From positions 1 through 33,161 of the forward strand of contig JBBUAI010000011.1 in assembly GCA_038058745.1 (NCBI GenBank): 33,161 nucleotides of DNA, read 5' to 3'. The notes below the pieces were generated by a model that had not been told where the DNA came from, made no database searches, and saw only the letters and a list, made by a program, of their open reading frames with translations. Origin of the DNA: Patescibacteria group bacterium. GTDB taxonomy: Bacteria > Patescibacteriota > Minisyncoccia > Phycocordibacterales > Zambryskibacteraceae. Shown piece by piece: positions 19,548 through 29,198 of the stretch. Each line of letters opens with the position of its first letter. Position 1 is the first letter of the stretch. The position numbers were made by a program, and so were the translations under genes.

Positions 19548-19895
19548 ATGGAAACGAGAATTGTTAAGAATAAGATAAGCCGAGAAGAGTTAAACGAGCT
19601 CGCTCACGAACAATACGTAGATATCATTAAAGCTGTGGTTGATGTGGAACAGGAAATTATGGGCGTGGGTGGGGAGCTCCATGTCGATATCCAATCAATT
19701 TTGATCGATAAAGAAAATTCAAAAGGAGAAAATACTTGGGGAATTAACATGCTTTTGGATAAAATAGGGAACGAATTCATCCAATTTGACTCAATGATAA
19801 ATCTAAAACCTCTGGCTGGGAACAAAACCCGCGGAGTAGAAAATATTGATATGCAAAATAAAATCAGGGAAATTGTAATCAAACTGGTCAAATAA
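19548..19895 (+). CDS. DUF5674-like protein
   Basis: KAVVD.....GGELH.D, WG.N, FDSMIN..P..GN.TR pattern recalled for this family. Confidence 0.7.
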   Translation: METRIVKNKISREELNELAHEQYVDIIKAVVDVEQEIMGVGGELHVDIQSILIDKENSKGENTWGINMLLDKIGNEFIQFDSMINLKPLAGNKTRGVENIDMQNKIREIVIKLVK

Positions 19896-19896
19896 C

Positions 19897-20226
19897 ATGG
19901 CAATTTCCAGAGAACGCTGGCAGAATTTGACGCTCGCTGAGCAGTTGGGCAATATCGGGAGCGAAGTCGGCCGCGCTGCAACCTGGCAAGGCAAAGATGA
20001 AAAGTATTTTTGGGGTGCTGTTACTCGGGCGTTAGAGCTTTTTGATCTCACTCGAGAAGACAAGCGCTGGAGAAATAGACTAATGGAAATAAACCGCGCT
20101 TTTGAAACTTTTGCGGATGCGGTTTTGGGCGGTAACGTTTACCAAAGTAATTTAAAAGATTTAGAGCAATATTTCATGCTCTTTGCTCTCCACGCCAACG
20201 CCAAAAAAGCTGTTCTGGACATATAA
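19897..20226 (+). CDS. Hypothetical helical protein whose C-terminus duplicates the GyrB C-terminus
   Basis: RW..L.L.EQLGNIGSEV.RA; ends NAKKAVLDI, as GyrB does. Confidence 0.75.
   Translation: MAISRERWQNLTLAEQLGNIGSEVGRAATWQGKDEKYFWGAVTRALELFDLTREDKRWRNRLMEINRAFETFADAVLGGNVYQSNLKDLEQYFMLFALHANAKKAVLDI
20197..20226 (+). repeat. Direct repeat copy 2 of the gyrB 3' end
   Basis: aacgccaaaaaagctgttctggacatataa. Confidence 0.9.
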
Positions 20227-20282
20227 ATAACGAAAAACACCGCTAAACCTTTGAAGCCGACGCATATGTGCCGGCTTTTAAG

Positions 20283-20291
20283 TTATCCACA
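20283..20291 (+). promoter_or_regulatory. Perfect DnaA box
   Basis: TTATCCACA in the intergenic region upstream of mraZ. Confidence 0.55.
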
Positions 20292-20327
20292 GTTTGAAGG
20301 GAAATGGGAGTATGGACGTCTAGTATT

Positions 20328-20371
20328 GTGGCGGGGGGTGGGATAGAATAGTATCTAGTGGGAAATAGTGG
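20328..20371 (+). promoter_or_regulatory. Putative MraZ operator (GTGG repeats at 10-bp pitch) around a TAGAAT -10 box
   Basis: GTGG at 20328, 20338, 20358 and 20368; TAGAAT at 20344-20349. Confidence 0.7.
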
Positions 20372-20386
20372 TAATATGAAAAAGCA

Positions 20387-20782
20387 ATGTTTATTGGCGA
20401 ATACAAACATACGGTTGACGAGAAGAATCGTTTCTCTCTGCCGGCTAGATTCCGAGAAGCTCTCGGCAGAAAAGTTGTTGTTACTCGAGGCAAAGATCAT
20501 TGTCTTTTTCTCTACCCCCACAAAGTCTGGCTTCAGATCTCCGAGGAGGTTAAGAAGCTAGGCCATGTAGCGAGCGATCATCGCTATGCGCGGTTCACGT
20601 TTGCTGGTGCATCTGAGATCGAGATTGACTCCATCGGCCGCATCCTCATCCCCGAATTCTTACGGGAATTCGCGGGCCTGAAGAATCCGATCGTCGTTAC
20701 CGGCGTCCACGACAGAGTGGAAATCTGGAATGACAAGAGGTGGACGGCTTACAGGAAGAAGCTCGAATCAGAGTATGCATAG
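20387..20782 (+). CDS. mraZ: Division/cell-wall cluster transcriptional regulator MraZ
   Basis: MFIGEY...DEKNR..LP..FR, D.IGRILIP, G..DRVEIW. Confidence 0.95.
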   Translation: MFIGEYKHTVDEKNRFSLPARFREALGRKVVVTRGKDHCLFLYPHKVWLQISEEVKKLGHVASDHRYARFTFAGASEIEIDSIGRILIPEFLREFAGLKNPIVVTGVHDRVEIWNDKRWTAYRKKLESEYA

Positions 20783-21557
20783 ACCAGTTCTTTTACAAGA
20801 AGCAGTGGATGGCCTCGACCTGAAAGACGGAGAGGTGTTCGTAGATGCTACATTTGGGGCCGGCGGACACACCAGAGAAGTCTTGAGGCGATACCCGAGA
20901 GTAAGAGCCATAAGCATCGACCAGGACCCTGAAACGGGTGCGGAGATTACCGGTAATTTCCGGGACTTGGACAAGCTATTGGGAGACTTAAAACCGGATG
21001 CAATCCTCTTCGACATCGGCTTCTCGAGCGACCAGCTCGCGTCGGGTAGAGGATTTTCCTTCAACTCTGACGAACCTCTCGATATGCGTCTCTCGGGCAA
21101 AGGCCTGACTGCCGCCGATATCCTGAACTCCTGGAATGAACATGCTCTTGAGCTCATCTTGCGAGGATTCGGGGAAGAGAGACGCTCAAGGCAGATCGCT
21201 CACGAGATCGTGAAGAGGAGAATGGTAAAACCATTCAAAACCACATTCGATTTGGTAGAAGTGGTAGGGAAAAGGCGGGGAAAGATTCACCCCGCGACGA
21301 AAACTTTCCAGGCCTTGCGCATCGCAGTGAACGAAGAACTCACTTCTCTTGAAGAAGGATTGGAAAAAGGATGGGAAATATTGAAGCCCGGAGGAAGATT
21401 TGCGGTAATAAGTTTCCACAGTTTGGAAGATAGGATAGTAAAAAAAAATTTTAGGGAGAAGGGGGAAAGAAGGAAACCAATAGTGCCGACGGAAGTTGAG
21501 ATAAGGGAGAACCCTCGCTCCCGAAGCGCCAAATTAAGGATTATTAAAAAATTATGA
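20775..21557 (+). CDS. rsmH: 16S rRNA m4C1402 methyltransferase
   Basis: H.PVLL.E, DATFGAGGH, RGFSF, PLDMR, FQALRIAVN, SFHSLEDR, NPRSRSAKLR. Confidence 0.95.
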   Translation: MHRPVLLQEAVDGLDLKDGEVFVDATFGAGGHTREVLRRYPRVRAISIDQDPETGAEITGNFRDLDKLLGDLKPDAILFDIGFSSDQLASGRGFSFNSDEPLDMRLSGKGLTAADILNSWNEHALELILRGFGEERRSRQIAHEIVKRRMVKPFKTTFDLVEVVGKRRGKIHPATKTFQALRIAVNEELTSLEEGLEKGWEILKPGGRFAVISFHSLEDRIVKKNFREKGERRKPIVPTEVEIRENPRSRSAKLRIIKKL

Positions 21558-21599
21558 CCCTTCGATAATACTCAGGGTCATGGTGAGTAAAATCGAACC

Positions 21600-21971
21600 A
21601 TGAAGAGAAGAATCAAAATAAATTATAACCAGCTCTCTCTCCCGTTTACGGAGAGGGGCGCGAGAACTATTTCACTCGAAGACAGGCGCCGTTTCTTCTG
21701 GTTTTTAGCGGGAATATGCTTTTTCGCCCTTGTTCTTTACATCTATGCCATAGAGGCGACGGCAAGAAACATTGCCATGCGGGCAAATTTGGAGATGCGG
21801 GTAGCCGAGGCGGAAGGGAAGCTCTCTTCTCTTGAATTCGCTTATATTGAACTTAAAAACAATGTGAGTATCGAGCTTGCCCGCCTATACGGCTTTGAGG
21901 AGGTAAAAAGACCGTTGTACATTTCAAGGAGCAAGGATAATTCCCTTACTTTAAATGACGTTAAAAGGTAA
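21600..21971 (+). CDS. ftsL: FtsL-like bitopic coiled-coil protein
   Basis: Single TM plus coiled coil, A...G motif; lies between rsmH and the PBP. Confidence 0.6.
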   Translation: MKRRIKINYNQLSLPFTERGARTISLEDRRRFFWFLAGICFFALVLYIYAIEATARNIAMRANLEMRVAEAEGKLSSLEFAYIELKNNVSIELARLYGFEEVKRPLYISRSKDNSLTLNDVKR

Positions 21972-21982
21972 AATAGGGGCCC

Positions 21983-23740
21983 ATGCCGGGTTTTCAAAAC
22001 AGATTGCGCTTCCTAACCCTTCTGGTGTTGCTTTTCGCCCTGCTTCTTGTCGCCAAGCTGTATTTCCTTCAGATAGTATCCGGCGAAGATTTCAAGCTCA
22101 AGGCAGAGCACCAGTACGTGGCTGGCATCAATTATTTCGACCGGGGGTCGATATTTTTTTCTACCAAAGACGGTACGCTGGTACCCGCCGCGACAGTAAA
22201 GCTCGGCTTCACCATCTCTCTTAATCCGAATATCCTCAAGGACCGGAGCGACCTCGAGGAGATATATGGGCGCTTAAACGCCATCATCCCTTTAGATAAA
22301 GAAATTTTTCTTTCCAAGGCGAAAAAGGTCAATGACCCGTATGAAGAGCTCTCCCGCCGTCTTTCGGATGAGCTGGCGGAGAGGATACAGAATGAGGAAC
22401 TTCCCGGAATTTCCGTTACCCGGGAGCGCTGGAGAAGTTATCCGGGGGAGAAGATGGCCGCGCACGCTGTAGGCCTCATCGGGTATTCAGGTAATGAATT
22501 GGCCGGTCGCTATGGCTTGGAACGCTTCTATGACAAGACGCTTGAGAGAAGCGGAGATGATGTTTTCGTAAATTTCTTCGCGGAAATATTCTCAAATATA
22601 AAGTCGGCGGTAGAAGAAGATGAAAGATTGGAAGGAGATATTGTCACCACTATCGAACCGTCGGTCGAGGCGTTTCTGGAAAGCGAAGTAGGGAAGGTGA
22701 CGACGACTTACTCTTCAGACTTCTCCGGAGCCGTTATCATAAACCCCCAAACCGGAGAAATCTTTGCCATGGCCTTGAATCCCGCCTTTGACCCGAATTT
22801 TCCGCAAAATGAGAAGGATTCTTCTGTTTTTAGGAATATCCTGGTGGAAGACCGCTACGAGATGGGCTCGATTATCAAAGCGTTGACTATGGCTTCCGGG
22901 CTCGACTCCGGCGCTGTAACCGCGAAAACCGTCTACAATGACCCCGGCTGTATTACCCTAAATACCAAAACGTTCTGTAATTACGACGGGCAGTCGCACG
23001 GCTATAACTTGTCTATGCAAGAGGTACTCAACAAGTCATTGAATACCGGTGCCGCCTTCGTAGCTTCGAAAATAAGTACGCGGAAATTCGAGGATTACAT
23101 GCTCCGCTTCGGGCTTGAGAATCTTACCGGCATAGATTTGCCTAACGAAGGGAAGTCCATTGTGTCAAACTTGAAGACTCATCGCGACCTAGAGGCAGCC
23201 CAGGCCTCGTTTGGGCAGGGTATTGCCCTTACTCCCATTACAACCGTACGGGTGCTTTCCGTCTTGGCAAACGGCGGCACCCTTATCACTCCGCATCTGG
23301 TCAAAGAGATCAGATATAAATTGGGGCCAACAAAGACCATTTCTTACCCTCGGGAAGAAGATGGGCAAAGAGTCATTTCTAAAGAATCATCGGCCGAAAT
23401 ATCAAGAATGCTTACCGAAGTTGTCGATAGAGCCCTCCGCTACGGCCAAATGCGGCTTGAGAATTATAGTGTCGCCGCTAAGACCGGCACCGCCCAGATT
23501 GCCAATCCGGCGGGGGGCGGTTACTACCAGGACCGCTTCCTTCATTCATTTTTCGGCTACTTCCCGGCTTATGACCCGCAGTTCCTCGTCTTTCTCTACA
23601 CTTATTACCCCAAGAACGTCCAGTTCGCTTCCGAAACCCTGACCGACGCCTTTTTCGACATTACCAAATTCCTGATTAACTACTACGATATTCCACCAGA
23701 CAGGCAAGCCCCGCCGCCTGCTTCATTCAGTCTTAATTGA
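21983..23740 (+). CDS. ftsI: Class B penicillin-binding protein (FtsI-like)
   Basis: RG.I, R.YP, G.YGLE, SxxK (SIIK), SxN (SLN), KTG. Confidence 0.9.
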   Translation: MPGFQNRLRFLTLLVLLFALLLVAKLYFLQIVSGEDFKLKAEHQYVAGINYFDRGSIFFSTKDGTLVPAATVKLGFTISLNPNILKDRSDLEEIYGRLNAIIPLDKEIFLSKAKKVNDPYEELSRRLSDELAERIQNEELPGISVTRERWRSYPGEKMAAHAVGLIGYSGNELAGRYGLERFYDKTLERSGDDVFVNFFAEIFSNIKSAVEEDERLEGDIVTTIEPSVEAFLESEVGKVTTTYSSDFSGAVIINPQTGEIFAMALNPAFDPNFPQNEKDSSVFRNILVEDRYEMGSIIKALTMASGLDSGAVTAKTVYNDPGCITLNTKTFCNYDGQSHGYNLSMQEVLNKSLNTGAAFVASKISTRKFEDYMLRFGLENLTGIDLPNEGKSIVSNLKTHRDLEAAQASFGQGIALTPITTVRVLSVLANGGTLITPHLVKEIRYKLGPTKTISYPREEDGQRVISKESSAEISRMLTEVVDRALRYGQMRLENYSVAAKTGTAQIANPAGGGYYQDRFLHSFFGYFPAYDPQFLVFLYTYYPKNVQFASETLTDAFFDITKFLINYYDIPPDRQAPPPASFSLN

Positions 23741-23777
23741 AAAACAGATAATTTTTCGTTAAAGTGTTCAAGTTAAC

Positions 23778-23849
23778 GGCCCTATCGTCTATCGGCTAGG
23801 ACACAGCCTTCTCAAGGCTGTAAGCGGAGTTCGATTCTCCGTAGGGTCA
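23778..23849 (+). tRNA. tRNA-Glu(CTC), CCA not encoded
   Basis: Acceptor GGCCCTA/TAGGGTC, anticodon arm CAGCC-TTCTCAA-GGCTG, T arm CGGAG-TTCGATT-CTCCG. Confidence 0.95.
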
Positions 23850-23988
23850 CATTCAGAAACTTCGGCAAGACTGAGCGAAATTCCGGCGGACGCCTTCGGC
23901 GTGTAGTGGTGTAGATAAAGGAATTCCAGCTTGCGGGTCTTGGCGAAAATGGAGGGTGGGCAAAATGAGATTGAGATAGTTTTATCTC

Positions 23989-25758
23989 TTAAAGCGGGGT
24001 TCGTTCCGAGAAATGGTCTTCAATAACTTTTTCGGCAAGATCTTTGAACCGATCAAGCCCTGCTGTGGCTTCCGGTGCGTTTCGCTCTACATGTCGTTCT
24101 GGGAAACCTATGTTTTTATCTTTCGCTTTTTTGTGTATTCCTTTCTTATCTCGCCATTCATAAAGTGCTCTGGTTGGACTTGAACCTTTATAATAAATAA
24201 TTTTAGACGGCCTCTTTGCCGGATTTTCTGCAAAATGTGCCTCCCAGAATTCTTTTGAATTTATTGCGTTCTCGGCTTCTACATACAAAACTCCCTCTTT
24301 TTTCATTGAACTCTCGATAACTGAATCGACCGAATGAAATGGATCTTCCTCTCCATTTTCCTCACCTCGTTTTTGAACATCGAGACTGAATAAGTTATGG
24401 TAATTAAGTATGGCTATCTGAACTCGCCTGTCAGTTATGCCAAATTCCTGCTCTAATCTTTGGCGAAAGGGTTCTAATCTCTCTAGCAACTCTCTATTTT
24501 TTGGTAACAGATTAGGGCTATCCCAATTTTGATTGAGCTTACCTGTTATTTCCATAACTTGATTTGCGAAATTATAAAAATCAGGTGAATCCACCACTTT
24601 CCTGAAAACACTTTGATATTCAGAGTTTTTGATAGGATTTCCGTCTTTATCAAGTTTATAGCGCGACCCAGTTTTGTTATCAACTTTTGCTTCTTCTGGA
24701 ATAAAGACTAGTCCAGCGTTCAAATCCATACCCCTTTCTTCATTGGCCCAAACTCATTGATCATTCCAATATCCTCCACCGGCTTCATTTAGCTGTCCGT
24801 TAAAATAATATTGTGAAGCAATATATGCAGATGGATAAGCAACAAAAATTTCATTTCCTTTTTCTGAGCCATAATAATAATCAGCAACCTCTTCTGTAGC
24901 AAAATGAATTGCCATCCTATCTGTATAGCTTCCTCCTTCTGCCTGATTCGCTTCTGTCATATTGGCAAGATGTTCCAAAGCTTCCTTTTTAGTGGAAAAT
25001 TTATCCAGGTTAAGAAATTTTGCTATGGCCTTATCTTTCTCTCCTTCGACGAGGTGAACGCCAAGAGGCGAGCGCAATCTTCCGTCTTCCGCCATTTTCA
25101 TAAATCCATCAACATAAGCTCCTTCACCAGCAGTATGATACATGTGTCCAATATGATCTCTGATTCCTTGTCGAGTGACGTGTGCCACCATTTCTTCAGG
25201 AAATCTCTTGAGTAAAAGCGAGTAATCTTCAAGTGGTAAAGATGCTAAATGTTCTTCGGAAAAATATTTAGTTATATCTTCCTTTGTATACTCACTTTCA
25301 GTCCATTTTCTTTTCTGCTCTTTGTAGAAATTACCAAGCATAACTTTTGCTTCCTGTAATGCTGGTGCCGTTTCTTCTGAAACTAGCTTTTCAGAAATCG
25401 CTCGTTCCTCAATAGTTTCGGCCTCTTGTTGTTGACTTAATTCCTCAAATGTTTTTTGCCCTACAGCGACATCGGCTCTAAGCTTTCTTAATTGAAAATA
25501 ATTTAAAATCTTTCCAAGTCCAGAAGTAGAAAGTTCAATAATTTCATTTTCTAGATCGTGAACAGCTTCCAGCTGTTCCGCTATAGCCCGTTCACGCTCG
25601 TTCGTAGTTTCTTCTAACTCCGTTTGTCTTTCTGTTTGAGCGTCTTTTTCTGTAAAATATTCTGCTCGCTTCGCCCTAATTGCTCGGGCTGTTTGCTGTC
25701 GCTCTTCCGGCGACTCTTCTTTAGAAAACTCCTTTATAAATTGTGGTGGCTTCTCCAT
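23989..25758 (-). pseudogene. Single hypothetical gene (about 589 codons) split by one in-frame TGA at 24756-24754
   Basis: ORFs 24754-25758 and 23989-24729 share a frame: ...YWNDQ*VWANEERGMDLN... Confidence 0.7.
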
Positions 25759-28487
25759 TATTTAACAGCTAAACTCTGATACTTAGCCATAATAGCTGTT
25801 TCCACTTCTGCCTTATCGCGGCCGTATTTTGCCGAAGATAACTTCTTAACAATTTCAATATTTGCTGGATCGCCAGTCTGTTTTGGCATTAGGCGGATAT
25901 CAAATGGCTCGACAGGTTTGCCGTGCACAAGCATTTTGATATAAGCATTGAAGTTATCGATACTTGCTAAGTCTTGGGCTGTAAAGTTTGGAGCAAATTG
26001 CTTCTCTAGATATTCAGCATTATCTTGCCCGACTCGGAAAGCGCAAATAGTGCCAACATTTCCAAACACAGCATTTTTGATCTCGTCTTGAAGCTGGGCG
26101 ATGAACTGGTGGGCAATGGTAAGAGAGAGCTTGTATTTCCTAGCTTCTGAGAGAATAGTGGCGATGGAGTTGGTAGTGATATTCTGGAACTCGTCAATGT
26201 AGAGATAAAACGGTGGTAGGTTTTGGCCTAGTGAATCTACACGTGAAAGCGCGGCCATCAAAATTTTGCCCACAAGAATTAGGCCGATAAGATTGGCATT
26301 TATGTCTCCTAATCTGCCTTTTGAAAGATTTACCAAAAGGATTTTCTTGCTGTCCATAATTTCACGGAAATTGAATGAGGATTTCTCTTGAGCGATTATC
26401 GGACGCATAATGTCATTGGCCAGAAAAACATCAAACTTGGAAGTGATGTATGGAACCATATTCACAAGCGCCGCTTCGCCTCCGGCCTTGCCGGCGATCT
26501 CATTCCAGAACTGGACGACTACCGGATTCTTGCAGCGAGAAATTTTGAGATCCCGGTATTCCTTGCTAGACATCACTCTAGAAACGTCCAGCAAGGTCGA
26601 ACCGGATTCCGGGTCTTCTATCACAAGCATCGTGGCATTTCTGAAGTATTGCTCGAACATCGGTCCCATAGATTCCGGCACTCCGCCATAGAGCTTTTGG
26701 AAGATGTTAAAGAGCTCATTGACCACGAAGGTCTTCTGCTCCGGGAAATGAGGATCGTATTCCAGCATATTGAGAGCCATCGGCCTATCAAGAGAGGCGG
26801 GGTCAAAATAAATCACATCTTCCAAACGCTCTTTAGGGATTTGAGAAAGCACATCTAAAACATCTGAGCCATGCGGGTCTATCATGCACACACCCTCACC
26901 TTTTTTAATGTCATCTACGATCATATTTTTAAGCAGAGTAGATTTACCTGTGCCTGTCTGGCCAATGGCATAGAAATGCCTCAAGCGGTCTTCTGGCGCG
27001 ATATGGATCTGCTTCTCGACGCCCTGAAAGGCATTTATTCCAAGAAGCGTGCCGACTTCTGAAATTCCGATCGGAGGCGGGGCGCTTCTTGAGCTAGAGC
27101 GAGAAAGAGTGGAGCTTGAAGCAAGCGCTTCGGTGTGGAAATGGAGGATAGTAGAGAGTTCTATAAGATTTAGGGGCATTTTCTCACTATCTTTGAACAT
27201 CCTAAAAATAAATGCCTGATAAAATTCCGAATCTTTAAAGGCAAAAAGTCCTGACGCCTTAGCTCTTTGCCACTTAATAGATTGCTTACCTGGATTTTCA
27301 AATTGATTAAAGGCAGACTCAAAGTTGTGCATCAGTCCTTCTGATTCGGCTTCCGTCGGAGTGGAGATCGCTAAGCGTATATTTGTTTCTACTATCGGAC
27401 TCCCAAGCTTCTTTTTGACCGCTTCCAGGACAGACTGGTCTATGATTGGAGGATTCTCTTCTTTTTCTTTTTTCTTACTGAAAAATGCTTCTCCTATAGT
27501 TCTGGTAAATTCCATAGCCAAGCTATCATCACGCAAGGCTTCTTTAGGGCTTTCTCCCTTCTCAATCTTTTTTAAAGCGCTCTCAAACTTTTTTGTATAA
27601 GTATCTCCGATCGGCTTAAAGACGATTTGGAGAGTGGCTCCGGCGCCTACTTTAGGAATTTTAGAAAAGCCGTTGAGAATAACATTGAGTGGATCAGAAC
27701 CAAAGTTATCAAAAGTTTTTAGTGGATAGGCAGGAGAGGATGAAAGTGAAGCGCTAGCTCCCAGAGTAGTACCAAATTCGTTAAAAATATTATAGTCGTG
27801 TTCTCGAGGAACGAGTTTAGCTTTCGGAAAAATAGCAAGGAGCTGTTTGCTGAATAATTCTTTTCTCGCTTCCGGCACAGAAACAAAGGCTCTTGTGTCC
27901 TCCTCTCCATCTGGATTAGCAATTTCAAAAACTAAATGGCTTACTTTATCCTTCTTATCTCCGGTAATAGAGAGCAAACCGGCATAAAACTGCTCCATAC
28001 TCTTTATAAGCTCGACTAACGGCTTTTCGTTCTCCTTTACTTCCTTCGGTAGAACTATTTCAAAAAGGCGCATATGCAGGGCTTGATAAATTGGGCCAGT
28101 TTCTTTTATAGCAACTGGCAAATCTTGTATGACACGATCGATAAGGAAAGCGTGGAAGTCATCTTCTGAACGCCAGTCCTTAATTTTTTCTACCACCGAA
28201 AGTGCATGAGAAATACCTTTAGCTTCTGCTAGAGTCATCATTTCTTGAAGCTGGGTTTCCTGATGTTTTTCTAGAATCTGTTCGGCATCCTTCTCAATTT
28301 CTGGCGTTTGAGCTACAGGCGCACCTATACCAGCTTCTTTTTTGAACTCTGCAATAGATTCGCGGACCACAGACACTCTCTCCGTCTCCGCTCCGGCGCT
28401 CCCCAGCTTCTTTTCGGCCTCCAAGACCTTAGAGCGCAAGTATTCAAGTTCCTGTTCGGGGGTGGTAAATTTTAGCCCTTCTGACAT
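25758..28487 (-). CDS. Large TrwB/TraD/VirB4-like (FtsK-HerA superfamily) P-loop ATPase
   Basis: RH...IGQTGTGKS (Walker A), IDPHG, YIDEFQN (Walker B), SEARKY.L.L..AHQ..AQL. TATAAT lies 6 nt before the ATG at 28487. Confidence 0.88.
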   Translation of the reverse strand: MSEGLKFTTPEQELEYLRSKVLEAEKKLGSAGAETERVSVVRESIAEFKKEAGIGAPVAQTPEIEKDAEQILEKHQETQLQEMMTLAEAKGISHALSVVEKIKDWRSEDDFHAFLIDRVIQDLPVAIKETGPIYQALHMRLFEIVLPKEVKENEKPLVELIKSMEQFYAGLLSITGDKKDKVSHLVFEIANPDGEEDTRAFVSVPEARKELFSKQLLAIFPKAKLVPREHDYNIFNEFGTTLGASASLSSSPAYPLKTFDNFGSDPLNVILNGFSKIPKVGAGATLQIVFKPIGDTYTKKFESALKKIEKGESPKEALRDDSLAMEFTRTIGEAFFSKKKEKEENPPIIDQSVLEAVKKKLGSPIVETNIRLAISTPTEAESEGLMHNFESAFNQFENPGKQSIKWQRAKASGLFAFKDSEFYQAFIFRMFKDSEKMPLNLIELSTILHFHTEALASSSTLSRSSSRSAPPPIGISEVGTLLGINAFQGVEKQIHIAPEDRLRHFYAIGQTGTGKSTLLKNMIVDDIKKGEGVCMIDPHGSDVLDVLSQIPKERLEDVIYFDPASLDRPMALNMLEYDPHFPEQKTFVVNELFNIFQKLYGGVPESMGPMFEQYFRNATMLVIEDPESGSTLLDVSRVMSSKEYRDLKISRCKNPVVVQFWNEIAGKAGGEAALVNMVPYITSKFDVFLANDIMRPIIAQEKSSFNFREIMDSKKILLVNLSKGRLGDINANLIGLILVGKILMAALSRVDSLGQNLPPFYLYIDEFQNITTNSIATILSEARKYKLSLTIAHQFIAQLQDEIKNAVFGNVGTICAFRVGQDNAEYLEKQFAPNFTAQDLASIDNFNAYIKMLVHGKPVEPFDIRLMPKQTGDPANIEIVKKLSSAKYGRDKAEVETAIMAKYQSLAVK

Positions 28488-28619
28488 AGGGACATTATAG
28501 CTCAAACTTGTCCTAGGGATATGCCCAACGGCTCATATAGATAAGCCGCCGTTGGGCTATGGTTGCGTTTTCCTGCTCAAAGGATAGAATTAAGCCATTA
28601 AATATTAAACAACAAAAAC

Positions 28620-29198
28620 ATGGGAATGGAAGGAGCACCACAGATGCCAGCTACTCCAGACGAATCTGAGAGAGTGGAAGATGTTGAAAAAGCCCAAGTT
28701 ATGGCAGAGGCGGAAATCAGAGGAGGGGAGTATGCAAAAATGGCAAACGAAATAGCGGAAGATGGAAGAGGCGCAGTTATTGAAAATAGAGATGTGTATG
28801 GAGATTTAAAGTCAAAATCACTCGGTCCGCGACAATTTGGGCCCGAAACAACGGAAAAAGAGATGAGAGCAGCATTTGGAGAGGCGGCCGAAAGTGCCAC
28901 AAAAACAGCTGAAGAACATAGAGAAAAAGCTGGTAAGTATTACGACTCTGTAAAAAATGTTTTCAGCGGATTAGAGGGAGATCCGGCAAGAGAATCTCTT
29001 TTGCAACAAAAAGCCCTGGAATATCTTAAGACCGAAGATGCAGAGTACTTCAATAGAGAATTTTCTGGAGAGTTGGATGAAGAAGGCTATCTTTATAAGA
29101 AAGATGGAACCACTTCAAACACTAAGCCTAGTCAAAATATTGGAGGTGGCTTGGCTATGGAGAAAGTGATGCAAATGGTAAGGGCTGAACTTAAATAA
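28620..29198 (+). CDS. Hypothetical acidic protein
   Basis: 192-aa ORF; putative promoter TTGCGT (28563) and TAGAAT (28585) upstream. Confidence 0.7.
   Translation: MGMEGAPQMPATPDESERVEDVEKAQVMAEAEIRGGEYAKMANEIAEDGRGAVIENRDVYGDLKSKSLGPRQFGPETTEKEMRAAFGEAAESATKTAEEHREKAGKYYDSVKNVFSGLEGDPARESLLQQKALEYLKTEDAEYFNREFSGELDEEGYLYKKDGTTSNTKPSQNIGGGLAMEKVMQMVRAELK

Noticed and set aside
2060-20579. 14-bp exact match TGTAGCGAGCGATC in rpiB and mraZ
   Set aside because: Within chance expectation for a 33-kb window; both copies encode VASD.
481-23642. Numerous antisense and alternate-frame ORFs over core genes
   Set aside because: Shadows of well-supported genes on the other strand or frame.
24754-24756. 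Alternative genetic code (UGA=Gly/Trp) or selenocysteine
   Set aside because: Conserved genes end properly at TGA, no other gene has an internal TGA, and there is no Cys-redox context.
28523-28557. 10-bp inverted repeat GCCCAACGGC/GCCGTTGGGC between divergent promoters
   Set aside because: Real, but no function can be assigned; it may be an operator or a REP-like relic.
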